Positions 46,706-51,452 of a DNA stretch of 51,452 bases are shown piece after piece. Source of the stretch: Octopus bimaculoides (Eukaryota); NCBI RefSeq assembly GCF_001194135.2, contig NC_068984.1, positions 56,452,240 through 56,503,691 of the forward strand, written 5' to 3'. Position 1 is the stretch's first letter. Every line of letters begins with the position of its first letter. The notes beneath the pieces are model-generated. The model was given only the letters and a program-made list of their open reading frames with translations, had not been told where the DNA came from and made no database searches. Made by a program: the position numbers and the translations under genes.

Positions 46706-49519
46706 GAAGTTGTATTCTTTCATACTTGTGTTAAGATCCTGTCTATCATGGATAACCTTTTTTTTGTAGTTATTGGTCCAGAAATTGATGTACTCATTCA
46801 AATGTCCACTTCAGACTACAGATTTGATAACAGCTGGTAGTCTAAATATCTTATATGTTTGGTAATTCTGCCTCTCTATTATTTAATAATTCAGATATTT
46901 TTTTTTCAAATGTTAAGTTTCTATCTTTATTTTTTCCTTTTGCATATAAAAGCTTATAATTAGTTGCTTAATCTGCACTTAAAAGTTCTTAAATGGGGAG
47001 ATTTTTTCAAGTGGTGGTGAATTGTGGGATAGGTCTTCTTATCCCATTGCAGTGTATTATTACTTGGTAGCTTCTGGTTAGGTTAAAACATGAAACTATA
47101 ATTCACCAAACCATATATCAAACTTTTGATTTTTCTTTTTCTTTTTTTTTTTTATATTTGTAATACCTATTGTGAAAGTTAAAGTAATATGGTAAAAATA
47201 TTAGTGTGTTGTATATTGAAATTTTCCCATTTTTTAAATTTGCTAAAATAAAAAAAAAATTCAATCATTTTTCAGTTTTAGAGTTAGCTAAGTTATCTCC
47301 CTTAATCTTTGGTCTTCTAAATTCACACCACTTAATTTTAACACATTTTTTTCCTTTTGGTCTATTTTCAAGGGCTTTTTGGGAAACTTGGGTTCAATCT
47401 CTCAATAAAACTTAGTATATTAGTGATACATTGAAATGTTGAAAGAAAATTTATTCTGGTAAAGTTCAAACTTAGGACATGTGAAGGTTGATTAATGATT
47501 TCCGTTACTATCAACAGTCACATTCAAAATTTCTTAAGTCATTATATTACTAGGCAAAGCACGTTATTTTGTTTGTCTCAAATAACAACTTCCATTTTCA
47601 CAACTGATTAGTGAGAAATAGACTTCATGTCCAACTATAGAACTCAATATCCTGACAAATTAATCAGACAGCCTCTACATAGTCACTTTCAAATCACACT
47701 ACCATCTTTAAAATATAGGGAAGAGCATATTATGTTATATAGTCAGAGATAAATTATGTAAAAACAGGGTTGTTATAAATGGAATGCCTTTGACTACAGG
47801 TCTGCTTGACTAGTGATGATCTTGTGCTAAACAGCTCAATGGTACCAACAATATTTTACTGTCATTTACATTAGGATGATGGATTGATAGAACTATGTTA
47901 GCTGCAGCCTTTTATGTTTGCAGTTCAAGTTATACTAAGGTCAATATCACAGAAAAATAGCTTTTGCTTCAACTGGTTCAAATTGTTGCAAGGAGTTACT
48001 TAAAAGCTTGAGCAAATGTAGACCATCATGCTACGCCCCACAGGAATTAGAGAATTCTTTGTGAAACAAGTTGTAGCCAGTTATACTTAAAGCACCATTG
48101 CAGAGTACAGACTGTTATGAAATTGGGGCCAATATTTTTAATGTAAGAGTCAAAATTGTTACAGTGTCAGATAGGGACACTTTGCAGTATTTATTCCAAC
48201 TCATAGGTGTATTCCATGTTCATATCCTGCCTTTCGTCACAAAAATAAAATAAAAAAATTTTTAATGGTGACACTTCATTCAGGTTTTGCAATCAACAGA
48301 TATTAGTGATGAGAAAATTAATGGGAACATGATTTCTTTGGTTTTATCAGAAGATCAATCCGATGCAATGCAATGCAGACATAACTTGACAAAATGTTCA
48401 TGCATAAAATTATAATTGATGGTCATAATTTAAATATGAACTTTAAAAATGATGTTTCATTTCATGGTACCAAAGCAGTCTCAAGTGAGTTGATTTCAAA
48501 AGAACTAATATAAAATGCAGACTGCTGATCATAAAATATTTGTTTCTAATTATCTCTCTCTCTTGTTATAATTGGCAAAGGAATAAATACAAAATGTACT
48601 GGTTGCATAACTGTTGCTATCACTTATCATGAAACTGCAAAGTAAAAGAAAAATATGTTGTCAATCAAGAAGACTTAAACTTGCATAATGATGAATCTTG
48701 CTTTATAGCATAAACACAGTCACAATAGTGAAAGACATAAGTTCTTTAAACTTTAATTTCACAGCTATTGCACCTATTATTAAAATGTTTGTCAAATGTA
48801 TGACTCAGGAAACCTGCTAGAAATAGGAACCAAATCTCCATCAATCTACAAACTACTATCTTAAAAAATAAGAAGGAAGGAGACTTGGGGTAATATATTC
48901 CTAGATACCCTTAAAAAGATAGTATGGCAGCACCTTTTAGCCATAACTTGATTAAGGCTGATTTGAGGCTAAACGTCTTGTCTTATTCAATATCAATTGT
49001 CTCTATAGTATTAAAACAGAATCATACTCATATACTTGAGTTGCCCAGTTCATCATCATTGTCATCATCATATAACATCCCATATTCCTTGTTCACATGG
49101 GTTTGATAGGATCTGGTGGGTCCAAGGACCATATCGTGGTTTATGCAGCTGGATGCCCTTCTTAATGCCAATCACTTTACGTGTTTTGGATGCCTTTTTT
49201 ATACCCCTAACACTTTTGATGGTATAAAAAAAAAATACCCAGCACATGCTGTAATGTAGTTGGCATTGGGAAGGGTTTCAACTGATATCCCTTTAACCCT
49301 TTAATATACACTCAGCTAAGATTATTTAAGTTCATGTAGTACACAGTGTAAACACTCAAACATACACTATCTTTCCAAATCCTGCGGCATTTCACATGGA
49401 ATTTTTTGTCCTAAAACATCATCTTGGTATATAAGTCAACCTACCGGTTTTTTTCTTTTGGTTATTAATTTTAGTCTGAAAACGAATTGGTGTATCAGAA
49501 AATATGGTACATAACATTC

Positions 49520-49628
49520 TCACAATGTAAACAGATAAGAAAAACCAACAGTTTCTCTCCACAAACAAAGAGCAGAATTTATGATGCCTGTATGAGAAGT
49601 AGGGTATGATGCAATAAAGGCCAGGTGC
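49520..49628 (-). CDS. Next exon of the same unidentified gene: HLAFIASYPTSHTGIINSALCLWRETVGFSYLFTL* (or ends at a GTGAGA donor at 49523)
   Basis: 65-nt intron 49629-49693 with acceptor ttttgtttgctacAG; frame joins in phase with the previous exon. Confidence 0.6.
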
Positions 49629-49693
49629 CTGTAGCAAACAAAATGAAATATTGGTAGTGAAAATAGTCAGACTGAACAGAGAAAGGGCTGCAC

Positions 49694-49822
49694 CTCATGA
49701 CGCATTTCAATGCCTCCACGACTGGTAGCAGGAGATCTGGCTTTGATGCTTGCAATAGAATGAACTGTGATATAGGAACCGAAGAGTCAAGTAGTGATGT
49801 TAAACCTGGCAACAGCTTAAGT
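49694..49822 (-). CDS. Internal exon of an unidentified gene: LKLLPGLTSLLDSSVPISQFILLQASKPDLLLPVVEALKCVM(R)
   Basis: AG acceptor at 49823-49824, GTGCAG donor at 49693, 129 nt, phase 2 to phase 2, helical-repeat-like composition. Confidence 0.65.
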
Positions 49823-51415
49823 CTAACATTCAAATTTCACTCTTATGGCTACAATAACAGACATTCGCTTAATGCTTAAGTTGAAAATTTTAAAACATGC
49901 ATCTCCAAATTAAGCAAGATTGTTCATGAGACACCAATATTACGCACGCATATTGGTTTCAAATTTTGGCACAAAGCCAGCAATTTCAGAGGAGGAGGTA
50001 AGTTGATTTCATTGACTCCGGTATTCAACTGGTACTATCTTATCAACGCTGAAAGGATAAAAAGCAAAGTCAATCTTGGCAGAATTTGAACTCAGTAGCA
50101 TTTCATTCTTCTTCAAGTTCTAAGTATTTTGTCTGGTATGGTGATGATTCTGCCTGCTTGCTGCATTATATTACGCACACATATATTGATGCATATGTAC
50201 TCTTCCTGGACATCCATCTCAAACTATGCATCACAAAATCTGCAGCACATTACTCCATATTCGCAATGAATAACCATATCAACCAAGACTATGAAATCAA
50301 ACAATTTTTTTTCTATAGATTCTATACTATATACATCCTACTACTACAGTAGAAGTTACAGTTAAACAATCAAATGCTTTCCAAGCAATGCACACATGGA
50401 CACACATCATAAACTTTCAATACAACAAAGCTATGGCAAATTAACATTCATTAGAACATTAGACAGAATGCTTTGTGATATTTGTTCTGACTCTCTGAGA
50501 CCCGAGTTCAAATCTTGTCTTTCATCCTTCCAGGGTCAATAAATACCAGGCTGCAGTTTTTTTTTCCAACCATGTGACTATGTAGAGGCTCCCTTGTTGG
50601 CTCAGCTTGAAAAGTTCATAATATGATGGCATCACATTCTGCAGAAAATACAAACCATTTATACTTTAATATGCTGACTAAGTTACCTTTTTCACTTTTA
50701 TTTTTGACTATCTATTCTGCCCCTTTGTTTTAAATGATAGGGTGTAATTTGAAGGAGATTTGACTGTTATTTCTAGCAGGTCAAGTATTTCCATAGAGGC
50801 TTCTCTCTGAAGTATTCAGTATAATAAATATATTTGTTTTCCTTATAATATATTGCACACTGAGGTTAGCTTTGCATTTCATCCATTTGGACTTAACTAA
50901 ACTAAACTAATCTATGTTTAAAGAACTATGATCAGCTTTTCCTAGTACACCTCTTCCAAAATCTGTGACCTCATGCCAGTGTTAGAAATTACCAGTCTAC
51001 ATATATTGATATTTTAAATATTTTTGGTTACAGTCATTGTGAAAAGTTGTAAGGTTATGCTAAAAATATATTCTGTGATGGTGGTGTCATATTTTCTTGA
51101 AATACAAATCAATTGAAATATAATACTTGACAGGTCATTTTTATTTTATAGTTTTGTGCATTAAATTGTCTCAATATCAACCCAATGTTACCAAAAAACT
51201 TTCATTTGGTGTACTCTGGTGTCAATGCATATATCGATGTAATCTTCTATTTACACTGCATTCTTTTAAAAATGCATTAGCTGAAAGATTTACTTTATTT
51301 TCAAACAAAACTATCCAAGGAGGATCGTTTTGCAGATGAGCATTTCAGTGGGTGAAGGGATGTAAATTAATACACTTTACATACACCCTCACCCCCACCC
51401 AATCACAGAGTAATG

Positions 51416-51452
<37 letters not shown>

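Noticed and set aside
50547-50638. Further upstream exon of the minus-strand gene (strong acceptor; NVMPSYYELFKLSQQGSLYI...)
   Set aside because: The obvious donors create TGA when joined to exon 49822, and I found no clean phase-consistent path; left unresolved.

Overview
AT-rich, repeat-dense animal genomic window with several N gaps. The repeats (RTE LINE tails ending in (GAT)n, tRNA-headed SINEs, long (TA)n/(CA)n tracts) resemble those I know from Octopus, so the taxon is an inference. The main host gene is a + strand BMP/activin type I receptor of the ALK1/2 (ACVR1/saxophone) class. I reconstructed it from splice signals and reading-frame phase as 8 coding exons: 14107-14188 (uncertain), 18250-18317, 23005-23185, 26135-26331, 31608-31707, 33042-33662, 35833-35963 and 37591-37716, plus a probable 5'UTR exon at 7056-7167. 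A fragment of a second, unidentified, convergent gene lies on the - strand near 49.5-49.8 kb. The rest is decayed mobile DNA: a Ty3/Gypsy gag-pol remnant, RTE LINE pieces, an RLE-type (CRE-like) LINE piece, a mariner, a DD37D maT element, hAT- and piggyBac-like MITEs, SINEs and several long fold-back structures. The most notable points are in the receptor. It has Ser at the normally invariant GS-domain Arg (human R202, an FOP-mutated position), an odd (11th) ectodomain cysteine, and a reconstructed N-terminus with no signal peptide behind two uORFs. There are also long intronic and downstream hairpins. I found no CRISPR array or prokaryotic-type system.
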